Of a stretch of DNA of 45,264 nt, positions 7,339 through 19,200 are shown piece by piece (position 1 is the stretch's first letter; each line of letters begins with the position of its first letter). Source of the stretch: a virus (Duplodnaviria > Caudoviricetes). The stretch spans positions 1 to 45,264 of the IMG/VR virus record IMGVR_UViG_3300033512_000293. One strand, 5' to 3'. The position numbers and the translations under genes were made by a program. Below the pieces are notes generated by a model, which was given only the letters and a program-made list of their open reading frames with translations, was not told the DNA's origin and ran no database searches.

Positions 7339-9495
7339 CTACACTATAAAGTCAGCTGCTACTACAACTTTAGTAACTTTAGGGGACTTATAAATACCTA
7401 CCTGAGTTTCAACAGACCAAGTGCCTACTTTTGAGATTGGATAATTCGTATAAACAGTTAATTGCATAGGTTGTATAGATTCCTCTAAGATACCATTGTA
7501 ATATATATTGTACTGCCCCTCAAATAATCCTTCATCAGTACCAGATACAATAGTATCACAGTTTCTATAATTTGCCCCCCTTAACCTTACGCATGGAGTA
7601 AAAGTAAGAATCCCGGTCCCGGGAATACTAGGATTAGCTTTTACTGTAAGACTATTTGGTGCATATGGGGTTTCCACACTAAATGTATAAGTGTATGTTG
7701 TAGTTATTTCGGGAGATATATTAAATTGATTTTCTCCATAACAATGAATCGTTGGCATAAAAGTAGTAATAGGTAAAACTGGTACTGCATTTCCACTAGT
7801 TGGAGGAAACCAGAATGCTTCTCCAATGGCATGAGTAGTTTTTGTTTCTTGTATGGCTCTTATAATACCACTAAATTCAAACGTACCATTTCCTAAGTTG
7901 ACTGCCTTTTTAAATCCAATAGCCTCTTCTCCCCAGTAGGCTACATATACCAATCGTTGTAGGTCAGCATCCGTACCATTAATTTCATAAAATGCTTCAT
8001 CAGGGTCGGTAACAATTATTTTTAATGAATAATCTATTCCAGTATCTTGATTATCCAGTATATTTGTAACTACTCCGTATGTCCAAGGAGAAAAATGTGT
8101 TTTTCTTGAGGTTAATTCATACGCCCCCAAAGAGCTTAACATCGCTGCTGTTTTTGGATAAGTAGCTGCCACATGTACTGATTTTGTTGATGCATTCTCC
8201 GGCACTGTTTTAAATATTTTTATTCTTGAAGGTGCACTAGGTAAATTATAAAATGCGGGGGTTTCAAGAGGTAACGTATCTGCTACCTGTATAAAATCCC
8301 CACTACTAAATATATCCTCTATCGCTTCAATATTTATATAGGAATCTTTGTGGGAATCCCCTGTTATTTTAATAACCCTAAACACTATTCCCTCACCAAG
8401 AGTAAGTACTTCATCATAAAAATAGAAAACAGACCCAAGGGAATAATCAACTAAGTCCAGTGGGCTTATCCTGAAAGAAATACTAGCTGTTGGGTATGAC
8501 ATCTTTTTAAACATAGCACTAGTGACTGCAGATAGTGCCTCTTGAGTATTAATATATGTTAAATCTATATCAACATTTTTTACGTACCCAGCTATTTCTA
8601 GATTAGCGGAGTTTGTCATTGATAGTGTTGTAGCCTTGGGTGTATCGTTCCCAGAAATCATTGCGTATTTAAAAGTAAATGTATTAGGTAGGTCTACCCT
8701 AGTATTCCTAGTAAATACTATATTAGACGCAATATCTATACTAATATAAGGTAAATTCTCTCTATCATAATCATCTCGTAATAGTTTTAAAGTGTACTTT
8801 CCTATATTTTGATTAAAGTAGAAAACACTATCAATGTATCTTAAACATTCATTAATCCAATCAATACCCTTCTTAGAGGAGTTCATTACTAAATTAATAC
8901 CTATTTTTTCTGTATGTAATACTCTAGCCGCATCCTCAAAAGAAGAAGCCTCTATTAAGGTAGGAGAAATTTTTAATAAGGTAGTTAAAATGTCGTAAAT
9001 TATATAACTTGGGTTAGCCGTGGATATTGTAGTGCCCGATGAGGTTCCAAGTATCTCTTTATATAAATTGTAATCAACTAAATTGGAACATGAATCCATA
9101 TTTATTCTTTTTCCAAGAATACCATAACTTGGGACTGTCCTTACATTATCCCCAATAAAACTTTGTGGAAAAATAATATAACAAACATTTTTATACGCAA
9201 TAGATTTTCCCGTGGCTTGTGTTAATAATGCAGAAGCTGCAACCTGACTCCCAAGATAGAAGCCAATAGTGTTAGGTCCATTATCAGAGCCATAGGCTTC
9301 TGAATTAATACCTGTTTTTACTACAGCCGTTTGTTCATTTTCAGTAATGCCACCAGACCACACCTTAGTTTCTTGTAGATAAAATCCATTTATAGAATCT
9401 AATCTCTCAGCAAATGCGTATGCCATATTTAAAAAATATGCGTAACCGGCCAGCGTAGGTTGTGGTTCGCTACCTCCCCCTTTTCCTCCACCCAT
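7339..9495 (-). CDS. Tail tip / central tail protein (gpJ-like)
   Basis: MGGGKGGG start, ANPSYIIYDILT, LKLLRDDY; position after the hub and gpI-like genes. Confidence 0.8.
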   Translation of the reverse strand: MGGGKGGGSEPQPTLAGYAYFLNMAYAFAERLDSINGFYLQETKVWSGGITENEQTAVVKTGINSEAYGSDNGPNTIGFYLGSQVAASALLTQATGKSIAYKNVCYIIFPQSFIGDNVRTVPSYGILGKRINMDSCSNLVDYNLYKEILGTSSGTTISTANPSYIIYDILTTLLKISPTLIEASSFEDAARVLHTEKIGINLVMNSSKKGIDWINECLRYIDSVFYFNQNIGKYTLKLLRDDYDRENLPYISIDIASNIVFTRNTRVDLPNTFTFKYAMISGNDTPKATTLSMTNSANLEIAGYVKNVDIDLTYINTQEALSAVTSAMFKKMSYPTASISFRISPLDLVDYSLGSVFYFYDEVLTLGEGIVFRVIKITGDSHKDSYINIEAIEDIFSSGDFIQVADTLPLETPAFYNLPSAPSRIKIFKTVPENASTKSVHVAATYPKTAAMLSSLGAYELTSRKTHFSPWTYGVVTNILDNQDTGIDYSLKIIVTDPDEAFYEINGTDADLQRLVYVAYWGEEAIGFKKAVNLGNGTFEFSGIIRAIQETKTTHAIGEAFWFPPTSGNAVPVLPITTFMPTIHCYGENQFNISPEITTTYTYTFSVETPYAPNSLTVKANPSIPGTGILTFTPCVRLRGANYRNCDTIVSGTDEGLFEGQYNIYYNGILEESIQPMQLTVYTNYPISKVGTWSVETQVGIYKSPKVTKVVVAADFIV

Positions 9496-9758
9496 TACTT
9501 TTTACCCCCACTAGCTGCTTCTGGTGTAATCATAATTGCAGAGCTTCTTAATCCTGCATAATAAATACAATTACCCTTTAAGTACACAGTACCATAGGCC
9601 CTTGGAACAACCCTCATAGAACTATTATCAGGGTAAGAAAATTCCTCTAACCCTGAAGCAGTGTTACCCTGCTGTGTAACAGGTAAGGTAGGCATAAAAA
9701 GGTATACAACCACTAATAAAACAGCAGCAAATACTAATATCCATTCAAAAGGTGTCAT
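9495..9758 (-). CDS. Tail assembly protein (gpI-like)
   Basis: Hydrophobic N-terminus, VVPRAYGTVYLKG motif, GGKK end. Confidence 0.65.
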   Translation of the reverse strand: MTPFEWILVFAAVLLVVVYLFMPTLPVTQQGNTASGLEEFSYPDNSSMRVVPRAYGTVYLKGNCIYYAGLRSSAIMITPEAASGGKK

Positions 9759-10489
9759 ATGGACTCCGAGGCTGGATTTTTTGCAGGAATAAAAGGAAAT
9801 CCCCCAAAATTTATTAAATTATTAAAAATAGACTCACATGAAGATATTGATTTATTGCACCCCATTATAAGAGTTATAGTTCCTGAGGTAGAAAAAATTG
9901 GTTGGTCTATAGTAATAACATCACCAACCTGATTAGTTATATAAGACGTTTCTTTACCTGCAATTGATAAGTAACCCCCAATAAAGTTTTTTGGTATGGA
10001 TGAAAGGCCCGGTAGGGTTATTATCTTTCTACTCGTAGAAATAGTATAAGTAGTAAAGGAGGAAGAAAAACTACTCTTATTTACACCACATTCAGGGGAG
10101 TATAACCCCAATGAGCAGGTATTTCCGTACGTCCTATAAGGAACTTCAGAATCTAAATAATCTTCTTTGCGTTTAAATGTTAGCTCGGACGTTTCTTTTT
10201 CTCTATCAAATATTATCTTTGTTAAGACCCCATTAAATAATAAAAACCCTGAAAAATAATCGTATATTTCAATAGAAAGTTCTGCTGACGGGGATGACAT
10301 TACAAAAAACTTAACGGGGTCTGTAGATATATGAGCGGTAATTCTAACTTCGCTATTATTAATCTCTGTACTAATCTCACTTCTAATAATTGAGCTAGCG
10401 TGATATAAGTCAGCCCCAAATTGTAAGTCTTCTGAAGAGCTACAATAAAAATATGTATTACCAATAAAAGTAATTTTATATAAATCCAA
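9755..10489 (-). CDS. Tail hub protein, DUF2163/BR0599 family
   Basis: C-x7-C (CSLGLYSPEC region) and GCNKSISSC...FNNLINFGGFPFIP; TTG start with AGGAG SD. Confidence 0.85.
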   Translation of the reverse strand: MDLYKITFIGNTYFYCSSSEDLQFGADLYHASSIIRSEISTEINNSEVRITAHISTDPVKFFVMSSPSAELSIEIYDYFSGFLLFNGVLTKIIFDREKETSELTFKRKEDYLDSEVPYRTYGNTCSLGLYSPECGVNKSSFSSSFTTYTISTSRKIITLPGLSSIPKNFIGGYLSIAGKETSYITNQVGDVITIDQPIFSTSGTITLIMGCNKSISSCESIFNNLINFGGFPFIPAKNPASESI

Positions 10490-10498
10490 TTTAATCTC

Positions 10499-11551
10499 CT
10501 ATTTAAGGTATACTAAATTATTATCGTCATATAACTCAATAAGGGGTAAGTTAACGGTACTATAGTCCAAATCATATAATTCAAATGCCATTACATCAGT
10601 ATCCAATCTACATACATAAAGAAATTCTACGGCAGTGCCCATTTCTATAGGCACACTAAACTGTACATCTAAGGATAGTAATTCACATGGCCCTAAGGTC
10701 CTATCAAACACCCCAACAGAACTTATAACCTGTGCCCATATACCCTTAGAAGGAATATGCAGAACTCTTTTTAGAATAGACAAGCTCTCAGTAAAACTAG
10801 AACTTTTTATCTTAAGTTGGTTGGTTGTAACTCCAGCATCTTCTACTATTTGTATTTCACATTTATGTGTAGAAAATAAAAATGCTTTATATTTTCCCAT
10901 AACTGCCCTAAACCACTGCCACAAGAGAAGTCTATCATACACATTATCTTGTTTTAATATTATTGAAAATTTTCGATAAGGTTTATGAGGGTCAGTTACA
11001 TCCTGTTTTTGAAAATCCTCACCTAAAATAATATAATCTTTATTAACGTCCTCATTAATTTCATCATAAAGTGTAAAAGGAAATAATGATAAACCATATA
11101 TGGGTAAATATTCCCTTTCTACTTCTCTAAATACGGGGTCACTAGCAGCCTTCCATCTTAAGGTAACAGAAGAAGAGCTGCCGGCTCCGAAAATATAAAT
11201 AGTATATTTTTGTGGGCCCCCTAAGAGTTTTACTAAGTAAGCAGAATTATTTATATAGGAGGCTATAATTAACGTGTCCTCTATCCATACCTGTACCACG
11301 CACCCAGAAACTAGTATATTAAACTCGTACAAACCATAGGAAGGTGCATATATATCCCCAGTAACCTCTGCGAGGCAACTAGTTCCAGTATGTACAAAAT
11401 CAACTAAAGAGATAGTAGAAGATTGACTATACCCATAAGACTCCAGCTTATTTCCAACTTTATATGTATTTACTAAGGTAGCAAAAGAAGAATCTGAAGT
11501 AGGGGAGCTTGCTCCCGTTGCATTATAAGACTTAACAAAAAAAGTATTCAT
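10499..11551 (-). CDS. Distal-tail-like protein with possible PA14-like N-terminal domain
   Basis: TGDIYAPSYGLYEF...LRWK (PA14-like); WFRAVMGKYKAF and CRLDTD tail motifs. Confidence 0.55.
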   Translation of the reverse strand: MNTFFVKSYNATGASSPTSDSSFATLVNTYKVGNKLESYGYSQSSTISLVDFVHTGTSCLAEVTGDIYAPSYGLYEFNILVSGCVVQVWIEDTLIIASYINNSAYLVKLLGGPQKYTIYIFGAGSSSSVTLRWKAASDPVFREVEREYLPIYGLSLFPFTLYDEINEDVNKDYIILGEDFQKQDVTDPHKPYRKFSIILKQDNVYDRLLLWQWFRAVMGKYKAFLFSTHKCEIQIVEDAGVTTNQLKIKSSSFTESLSILKRVLHIPSKGIWAQVISSVGVFDRTLGPCELLSLDVQFSVPIEMGTAVEFLYVCRLDTDVMAFELYDLDYSTVNLPLIELYDDNNLVYLK

Positions 11552-12873
11552 ATAATCTCCATCATAGTAACTTGCATAGTCTGGTCTGTTGCAATAGTAT
11601 TTCTTAATGCCGTAGAGGTGCCAGGCTTACACTTTTTAGTTGGTAGTACTAATGTACCTGTTGGGGCAGATATTTGGTCAGCTATTACTAAGTATGTAGG
11701 GTTAACCTCTATAATTTTAGTATATAATATTTCTGAATTATTTAAAAGAATACCACAAAAATCCCCAATTTTAAAAATATTAAACTCTTGGTAGGTATCA
11801 CAGAAAATATTAATATCACTTTCCAAGTCTTTTGTTAGCTTAGTGCTAAATGCCCAAACCGGATGAATTAGGGTTTTATTATATAGCCCCATATAAATAT
11901 AATTTTGAGCTAATGTAGCTAATTGAGGGCTAGTATGAGTAATTTGGTAAGACATACTCGCTTTTGGGTAGCTCATCAAGATAGTTCGTTTTTCTTTTCT
12001 AGTACTACTGGTAAAAACATTAGTTTTAAACTGATAGGACTCTCTATATGTATTTTTATCAGGCACCAACACTAAAGTGTTTACAGGCTGTCTCTTAACA
12101 CTAACATATAACCATAGGGTTATTTTATCAAAGTATAAAGGACACCACCCAGTAATCTCTCTATCCCCCAATAAATGAACGGCCCATAAATTAATCTTAA
12201 TTTGAGAATTTCCAGGGATACTTTGTCCAACATCTAACCCATCAACATAGAGTCCAAAGTTAGAAGGAGGTAGTGCAGCTAAACTTATAGAATCTAATCT
12301 TTTATTATAAATAATCAATTCTAAAACTTTGTCTTCTTGGATACTCCCATATGCCATTTCCCTATCAGAAGGGAGTGTGGTTACTTGGTATCCCCAAATA
12401 CTTTGTACTTCTTCATTATAAATATAAGATAAAGGAGCACTATAATAAGGTAAAGTGTGTGTTAAGTTACCCTCAGCACCCGTTAAGTTACTGTAAAGTG
12501 GCTCAGGGATTGGGTTAAGGTAACTGAAAAGCCCACCAATAGCCTCACCGGCATTATTGTGTGTAGGGTTTGGTAATAATTTAGGAGGGGTGAATTGAAT
12601 GAAATCAATAGACATGCCTGGGTGTCTTACAGTTACATAACAATCCCCTAATTTTGTAGTGGCCTTTACTCCAGTGATTGGTGCAACAGAATCTAAAATT
12701 GTTTTTATTTTAACTGCAGTATTAACTGAAACACCTAAAGGTTTAGCAATAGTTGCTTCTACATTGTGTGCAATAATATTAGGGATAGCAAAAGAGGCAG
12801 AAACCCCTGTTATGGTAACAGAGTATCCCTGTACGTACCCAGATACTACATAATCATCTAAAACATATCCCAT
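11548..12873 (-). CDS. Minor tail protein
   Basis: YRESYQFKTNVFTSSTRKEKR motif; position in the tail-tip block. Confidence 0.6.
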   Translation of the reverse strand: MGYVLDDYVVSGYVQGYSVTITGVSASFAIPNIIAHNVEATIAKPLGVSVNTAVKIKTILDSVAPITGVKATTKLGDCYVTVRHPGMSIDFIQFTPPKLLPNPTHNNAGEAIGGLFSYLNPIPEPLYSNLTGAEGNLTHTLPYYSAPLSYIYNEEVQSIWGYQVTTLPSDREMAYGSIQEDKVLELIIYNKRLDSISLAALPPSNFGLYVDGLDVGQSIPGNSQIKINLWAVHLLGDREITGWCPLYFDKITLWLYVSVKRQPVNTLVLVPDKNTYRESYQFKTNVFTSSTRKEKRTILMSYPKASMSYQITHTSPQLATLAQNYIYMGLYNKTLIHPVWAFSTKLTKDLESDINIFCDTYQEFNIFKIGDFCGILLNNSEILYTKIIEVNPTYLVIADQISAPTGTLVLPTKKCKPGTSTALRNTIATDQTMQVTMMEII

Positions 12874-12884
12874 CTAAGCTCCTA

Positions 12885-13316
12885 TTAAGCTAATGGAGCA
12901 ATCGTATCAACAACCCCATACACAGTAACTACACCAGCACTATTAATCATACAGTTAATATCATAGGAAGGACCTGTAATATCTAAGGCTTCTCCTCCTA
13001 CAAATTTAGTTCCTGCAGGGAAAGTAATTGCATAAACCCCAGTAAAAGATAAGACAAACGGCTTTCTAATTCCGGTAGTAGGGGGGTTAGTAAAAGATAG
13101 AGTTATAGGAGCTGTTAAAGTACCCATAATAAATGTACCTAAGCTTAAATCAACTGCTATAGCCCCTGCTATATTCCCCAAAGGGTTTTCAATTACTTCT
13201 AATTTCCCAATAGCTGTTTCTGTAGTATCTATACGACCAGAAAGGAACGTAAAGTTCCCATCAAGTTCCTCATAAGTAAGCGGAACACCTTTAGTGTCCC
13301 TTAAAACTAATGCCAT
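12885..13316 (-). CDS. Virion structural protein
   Basis: LRDTKGVPLTYEELDGNF N-terminus of fibre/baseplate-type proteins. Confidence 0.55.
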   Translation of the reverse strand: MALVLRDTKGVPLTYEELDGNFTFLSGRIDTTETAIGKLEVIENPLGNIAGAIAVDLSLGTFIMGTLTAPITLSFTNPPTTGIRKPFVLSFTGVYAITFPAGTKFVGGEALDITGPSYDINCMINSAGVVTVYGVVDTIAPLA

Positions 13317-13325
13317 TTGCTATCC

Positions 13326-14717
13326 TTATGCGTTATCAACAGCTTTGAAAGCTATTCGGTTATTTGTATCAAGGGGAAAAGACCAGAACTCATCTCCATT
13401 AATTGTCAAGCTAATAGGGAGTGTTGGGGTAACACCGTAATGTTTATAAAAATTATGCAAAGTACCTATAGGTTTATATTCAAAATTATCAGAAATACCC
13501 AAGTTCAATCCAGCAACTTGCTGTGTAACGAAAATTTCCCCAGAGTATTGATTAAATCCTGCAGTTGTATAGTTAGACGGGGTCACTAAATCAATATACC
13601 CTTGTTTATTAGACACAGAACTAGCAATTGTCTTTCCATACCATGTTCCCTCGTAGAGCACATAGTAATTGGAATTACCTGCTGTGGTAGTTGTAGTACT
13701 TACAGTATACCTATTATAGTTAGTGCCAGTTACTACAGCCCCTCCATTATAATTGAAGAACTTATCCAGTTGTCCCATATAAAAATATTGTGTATATTTA
13801 GACTGATTAACATATAAATTTGAATAAATATTTATTAGTACACTACTAGAGTTACCTATAAAATATATATCTACTGGGTCTATAGGAAACCAACTTTCAG
13901 GTATTTTAATATACCAGTATTCGTATACAGCAGAACTTACATCTTTAATAGTGCCAGGTTGTCTATCAACTGTTTTTGTATTATCAAATCCTAAATTTCC
14001 ATAAAATTCAAGACGTAATAACTCATAATTTAAATTAATTGATAAATATATAGTTTCTCCAAGTGGCGTTACTGAATGTATATATAATTCCTTGGATTTA
14101 TTCCCAAGACTGTCATAGTACCCCGGGCTTAATTTTATAACTGGGCTGTAAGCCCCCTCGTAACCAGCATAGTGAGTAAAAAATAATGTTTTACTTTGGG
14201 CGTTAAAATTAATAGTTTCCTGAGATTCCGCCCAAACATTAGCCCCACTTGGCATATACAAAGTACTTGGGCCTGTTATTGAATCGGTAATTCTATTAGA
14301 GGAACACATATAAACCTGTCTATTATTATTACTATACCAAGGTATATATGCTCTTATTTTAAAATTTTTACCTTGAAGTCTACTAGAAAATCTACCAACA
14401 AATCCGTAGCTTGCCCCAGAAAGGATATCTAGTGGAATTTTAACATAATTGTATATTATATTAGAGGCATAGCACCCTGCTCTCATATTTAACCCTCGAA
14501 AACCAGAATACCCATTATCAGAAGTATTTTGAGAAGTTTTGATAGATTGGTAATACGTAGGGTATAACATTCCTTCCCCTTTATCAAAGAACTCCTCCTG
14601 TTTTTTTAAATCTACTACCCACCCGGCTTGTATAAATTTTTCCTCCAAAAAATCTATTATATTAGAAGAAGAACCATTCCAAAATAAAAAAGAGTCCTTG
14701 ATATAAGTACTAAACAT
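13326..14717 (-). CDS. Virion structural protein
   Basis: 463 aa, Tyr/Asn/Ser rich, AGW motif near the N-terminus, in the tail block. Confidence 0.55.
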   Translation of the reverse strand: MFSTYIKDSFLFWNGSSSNIIDFLEEKFIQAGWVVDLKKQEEFFDKGEGMLYPTYYQSIKTSQNTSDNGYSGFRGLNMRAGCYASNIIYNYVKIPLDILSGASYGFVGRFSSRLQGKNFKIRAYIPWYSNNNRQVYMCSSNRITDSITGPSTLYMPSGANVWAESQETINFNAQSKTLFFTHYAGYEGAYSPVIKLSPGYYDSLGNKSKELYIHSVTPLGETIYLSINLNYELLRLEFYGNLGFDNTKTVDRQPGTIKDVSSAVYEYWYIKIPESWFPIDPVDIYFIGNSSSVLINIYSNLYVNQSKYTQYFYMGQLDKFFNYNGGAVVTGTNYNRYTVSTTTTTAGNSNYYVLYEGTWYGKTIASSVSNKQGYIDLVTPSNYTTAGFNQYSGEIFVTQQVAGLNLGISDNFEYKPIGTLHNFYKHYGVTPTLPISLTINGDEFWSFPLDTNNRIAFKAVDNA

Positions 14718-14732
14718 TAATGTCCTTTATAA

Positions 14733-16253
14733 CTATAGTTTTAATGCGAGGTAGTATACCCCACTTCCCAAATCTGAGTTGGGGAGGATGACATAGTCAG
14801 CTTCATTGATTGTTATTATATCTTCTGGATTAGCTTGAGTATTAGCTACTACGTATACCCCATCAACTGAACCAAAAGCATTAGAACCAGAACTAATATT
14901 AATTCCTGCCATAAATGCAGCTTGATTAATAGAATATAATGAATTTAATGTAGTATTTATACTACCAATAGTAGGGGTTACATAACTACTAGTCCCTATT
15001 CTAAATGAACTGTTACTACCATACATTACACCACTACCAAAATCTGTAGCACTAATAGTAGTCCAAAGTCTGGTTGCTACGTTGGTAGTCCCAGCAGTTA
15101 AAACACTAGCTCCATCATTACCTAATGATTTAATTTTTCCAATATAGCCTAGCTGGTATAATGGGGTAGTTCTAAGGGCCGTTGGGTCATATAATTTATA
15201 TGCAAGGATTACCCTATCCTTAGAAGCATTAATCCAATATTTTTTTAAAACTGTACTTTTAGGGGAAACCCCACATAGTACCCTATCGGTGCCTTCATTC
15301 CCGACTACCCCAGTAACATAATAATCAGGGTTAAATTTAGTATTAGGGGAGATAAAAGTATATGTTTTTACCTCGATATTAAATGAAGTGTTATACATAA
15401 TACTAATAATTAAGGGGGTTCCGGTGGTGGTGCTAGTTTTAAATATACCCCCCTGCAATATACCAACATCTTGTGTATATTTTTCAAATATATATGGCTC
15501 ATTTTCTAGAACTTTATTAGGCCTTAAATATAAAGTAGACACCTCCTCCGAGGTTAATACTTTATTCCATATTACTAGCTCATCAAACGTACAGGAGTGT
15601 TGGTAATTTCCCCCAATTTGAAATAGTACCCCGTATTCTGTATAGAGTTCGTATGCTATAGGTACTGTTTGAGAATTAACAAAAACTCCATTAATATATA
15701 AACTTCTAGTTTTCCCTAAGTTTGAGTAGGAAATTACAAAATGTTCATAAGACATCCCAGTTTTGTCTATAAAATAATTTTCCATTAAGTATATTACCGA
15801 CTCAAAAGAAGCCCAATCCCCTAATGCACTATATTTATCTAATACTAAATCAACCCCTTTTCTTTTATTCGTGCCGTCTATGGGCCCATAGATAAAATTA
15901 CTATAGAATCCTTTACCACCTTCTCCTCCTAGTTTAAACCCCCCAAATTTAAACCAAAAAGATACTGAAAATTCTGTTGGATAATCATTATAATATGTTA
16001 CAGAGGGGCTAGACTGCCCTGCATATAGAGAGTGTTTAAAATAGTGGGAAGAAGTTTCTAAACTTATTCCTACAGTGTCCGTGAATTTTCCTTCTACTGC
16101 TATTCCACTACCCGTATATACGTAACCCCTACTAGTAGTAATAGAACCTATAGTGTTTCTACTAAGCTTCTCCCAGCCTTCTTGGAGCATCAATGTTTCT
16201 AAATCTTCAAACATCTGCCCCATGTTTTTATTAATACCAACGGTAAAAGCCAT
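14733..16253 (-). CDS. Tail protein with internal LamG-like domain
   Basis: FSVSFWFK, HFVISY, LYINGVFV, FDELVIWNKVLTSEEVSTLY. Confidence 0.7.
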   Translation of the reverse strand: MAFTVGINKNMGQMFEDLETLMLQEGWEKLSRNTIGSITTSRGYVYTGSGIAVEGKFTDTVGISLETSSHYFKHSLYAGQSSPSVTYYNDYPTEFSVSFWFKFGGFKLGGEGGKGFYSNFIYGPIDGTNKRKGVDLVLDKYSALGDWASFESVIYLMENYFIDKTGMSYEHFVISYSNLGKTRSLYINGVFVNSQTVPIAYELYTEYGVLFQIGGNYQHSCTFDELVIWNKVLTSEEVSTLYLRPNKVLENEPYIFEKYTQDVGILQGGIFKTSTTTGTPLIISIMYNTSFNIEVKTYTFISPNTKFNPDYYVTGVVGNEGTDRVLCGVSPKSTVLKKYWINASKDRVILAYKLYDPTALRTTPLYQLGYIGKIKSLGNDGASVLTAGTTNVATRLWTTISATDFGSGVMYGSNSSFRIGTSSYVTPTIGSINTTLNSLYSINQAAFMAGINISSGSNAFGSVDGVYVVANTQANPEDIITINEADYVILPNSDLGSGVYYLALKL

Positions 16254-16264
16254 TTCTGGTCTCC

Positions 16265-19200
16265 TTATTTCACTGCATTTTTAATAATTTGCCTTCCGGC
16301 TCTTGATGTCAAATATTGCTCTATAACTGAAGGGTCTAAGGAGTTAACTATAACTACCTCTGATTTTTGAGGGGAAGCTGAAGACCCACTAGTATTACTA
16401 GTAGTATCTTTAATAGCTTTTAAGTCATTTCTACTTAATACATATTCCCCTGATTGAAGTATTGCTGGTACTTCATCACTTCTTAATCCTGCTCTATTAT
16501 CGTCATAAACATAACCTCCTGTGTGGAAGGTTTGTGCCTTAATTTGAGCCACTTGCATCATACCTTGGGCTATTGCAGCAGCAGCCATGACAGGGCCCAT
16601 TACTGAGCCTACTATTGGCATTTCTAATCCTCTTTGGTATCCTAGAATTGCGTTTTGGTAGGTTGAGGCGATAGCAGAGGCAACTTGTAGAGCTTGCATA
16701 GCCTTAAATGCTGTTTTACTTTTTTTACCTGATAGGGTATAATATGCTTCTGCTATGCTCGCTAGTCCGTCAAAAGAAGTTTTAGCATTTTGGGCTGTCG
16801 CACCATACCCAATAGCTTGAATTTTATTTTTTCTATCCTGAACAGATTGTGCTAGTGCAACCTCAGCTTCCGCAAGTGAAGTTTGAAGTTCAGTCATTCT
16901 TATACCGGCCTGTTCCTGCTGTTCAAATGACATATCTAAACCATTTTGTTCTAACTCGAATTTCTGCTGATTTAATAATGCTAGGTCATTGGCAGCCTTA
17001 GCTTTAATAGTAGCATCTAGCCCATCATAGGAGCTATTTATATTTCTTTCACTTTGCTTAATTCCAATAGAAGATGGGTTATTTACTCCCATAGAAAAAG
17101 CATCTGTTTGTTTTAACGAGTCTTGTTTATCCTCAATATCTATACCTAGCTTTTGAGATACCATAGTCCTAGCTTTACCTTCTGAAAAGCCACCAGAGTT
17201 AACTAATCTCTCTATTTCCTTTAATACAGCTAAATCTTTTTCATACCCTGAGGTTCTATTAGTATAATTGGCGTATTCAGCTTCAATATCTTGAGCCAAT
17301 CTCAGCTCTTTAGTTTTAGTGGCTACAATTTGATTTTCAGTTGCTTGAACATCTTTCATAGCTGTTGTTTGAAGCTTGTAAGCCTCTGCAATTCTTTCAT
17401 TTATAGCTTGAGATTTCTTTTCTAACTCTTCCTGTTCTTTTTTATCTTTTACTCCAGATTTATTGTGGTTAGCAATTTGAGCAGTAATATCTTCTCTTTG
17501 TCTTAAAAGACTAGTGTAATATTCCTCAGCTTTGGTTTGGTCAGCTTGACGCTCCGCTAATTTTAATTGTAGTAACGCTGACTCACTCATAGCAGTAACT
17601 CTTTTATTCATTACTGCTTCTTGTTGAACTGCTAACTTCAGAGCCTCAGCTTCTAAATCTCTCATAGTTTTTGCCCTGGCTGCCTCTTCCCCATGTAAAT
17701 CAGTCATTTCAGCAACTTTAATTCTACTCATACCTAAAAGTTTAACCTTTTCGGTTTCCAATTCATTGATAGTTCTGTGCCCTTCTACCATTTTTCCGAG
17801 GGATGCTATAAACCCTGCACTTGCTCCCTCTATTCTAGTTCTTTCTCCTTCTGTTTGAGCACCACTAAGGGCTGCGTCTCTTTGAGATTCTGCTTTTTTA
17901 GTATATTCTTCTCTTAGCAGGTCTGCTGATATAGGGTTATTAGTTTTTTTAAGGGCCTCTGTAAATTCTTTGACCAGTCCTTTAACTTCAACAGGTGCGG
18001 TATTTTCCATTGACTTAGCTGCATAGTCCTGGCCCTCTCTTACCTTAACAATAATTTCATCTAATCTTTTTGTTGTTTGGGCAGTTAAAGATGATACATT
18101 TTCATAGTTATTGTGCTGAGCGGTAACATCAGAAACTATTTTTTTAATTGACTCTACATCCTTATTAGAAACCGCACTGCCTAAGTTCGTAGTTCCTACA
18201 TCAGGCATCCCAGAGTATGCTTCTTTTTTAAAAGCCGGGAGGGGTTGAGTTTGTAGCTGAGATGTATCCCCCATTATTTTAATACCTTCAGTAACCCCTG
18301 TTAAATTTTCAACTTTACTAATCAAAGAAGATAAGTGTTTAACAGTTTGAGACGCTTCTGACCCTGCCCCACCTTTAAAGTCGGCAGAGCTAAGTTCTTT
18401 TACGGCACTAGCTAACTCTGCAGAAAACTTAGTTAACTCAGCCGCCTTTGAATCTCCTGGTTGCATTGCTTTAAGGGTAACATCAGCAATAGACTTAATA
18501 CTATTAGCCGCTTCTATTAGAGATGATTTAGTTTCCTCTCCCATACTAGTTGAGGGTTGCCCCGATGTAATGGTTGAATTATAAGCAGATGTATAAGACT
18601 CAGCTCTAAACAATGCTGATTTAGCATCTTTAATAGCAGACTCGGTTGTTAAGTCCTTTTTAGCATCAAGAAGCTCTCTTCTAGCATTTTGTAACTCTAC
18701 TATTAAGTCCCCAGTTTCTTTTGATGAGGGGTCATTTTGTGTAGAATTAGCAATCTTCTCTTGAATAGCCTTTATATTATTCTCTGCTACTGCTACTTTG
18801 CCTTCCCTATCTAAATTTTGGACAGCCCCAGCTGTTTTATTTAAACTGGAGGTAGCATACATTGCAGCCCCAGCAATAGCTGTTAATAATAATACTATGG
18901 GGTGCTTTGCAACAGTACCAACTATGGTACCTAAAACTTTAAATATCCCAGTAAATGTGGTTAATCCAGCAGTAGCAGTTGCAATAGTTGCTGCTAATGT
19001 ACTAAATACAGCAGAAACTCCTCCAATTTGTACAGCTAATTGGAAAGCAACATAAGCATTTCTAGCCGCAATTAATAGAGGCCCAATTTTACTTAACTGT
19101 CCTACTAATAAAAGTACACCAGTAGCCCCAGCAATTACTTGTAAAGCATTTACAAAGTTAGTTTTAAATGTTTCAAAGTTTCTATTAATATTAGTTAAGG

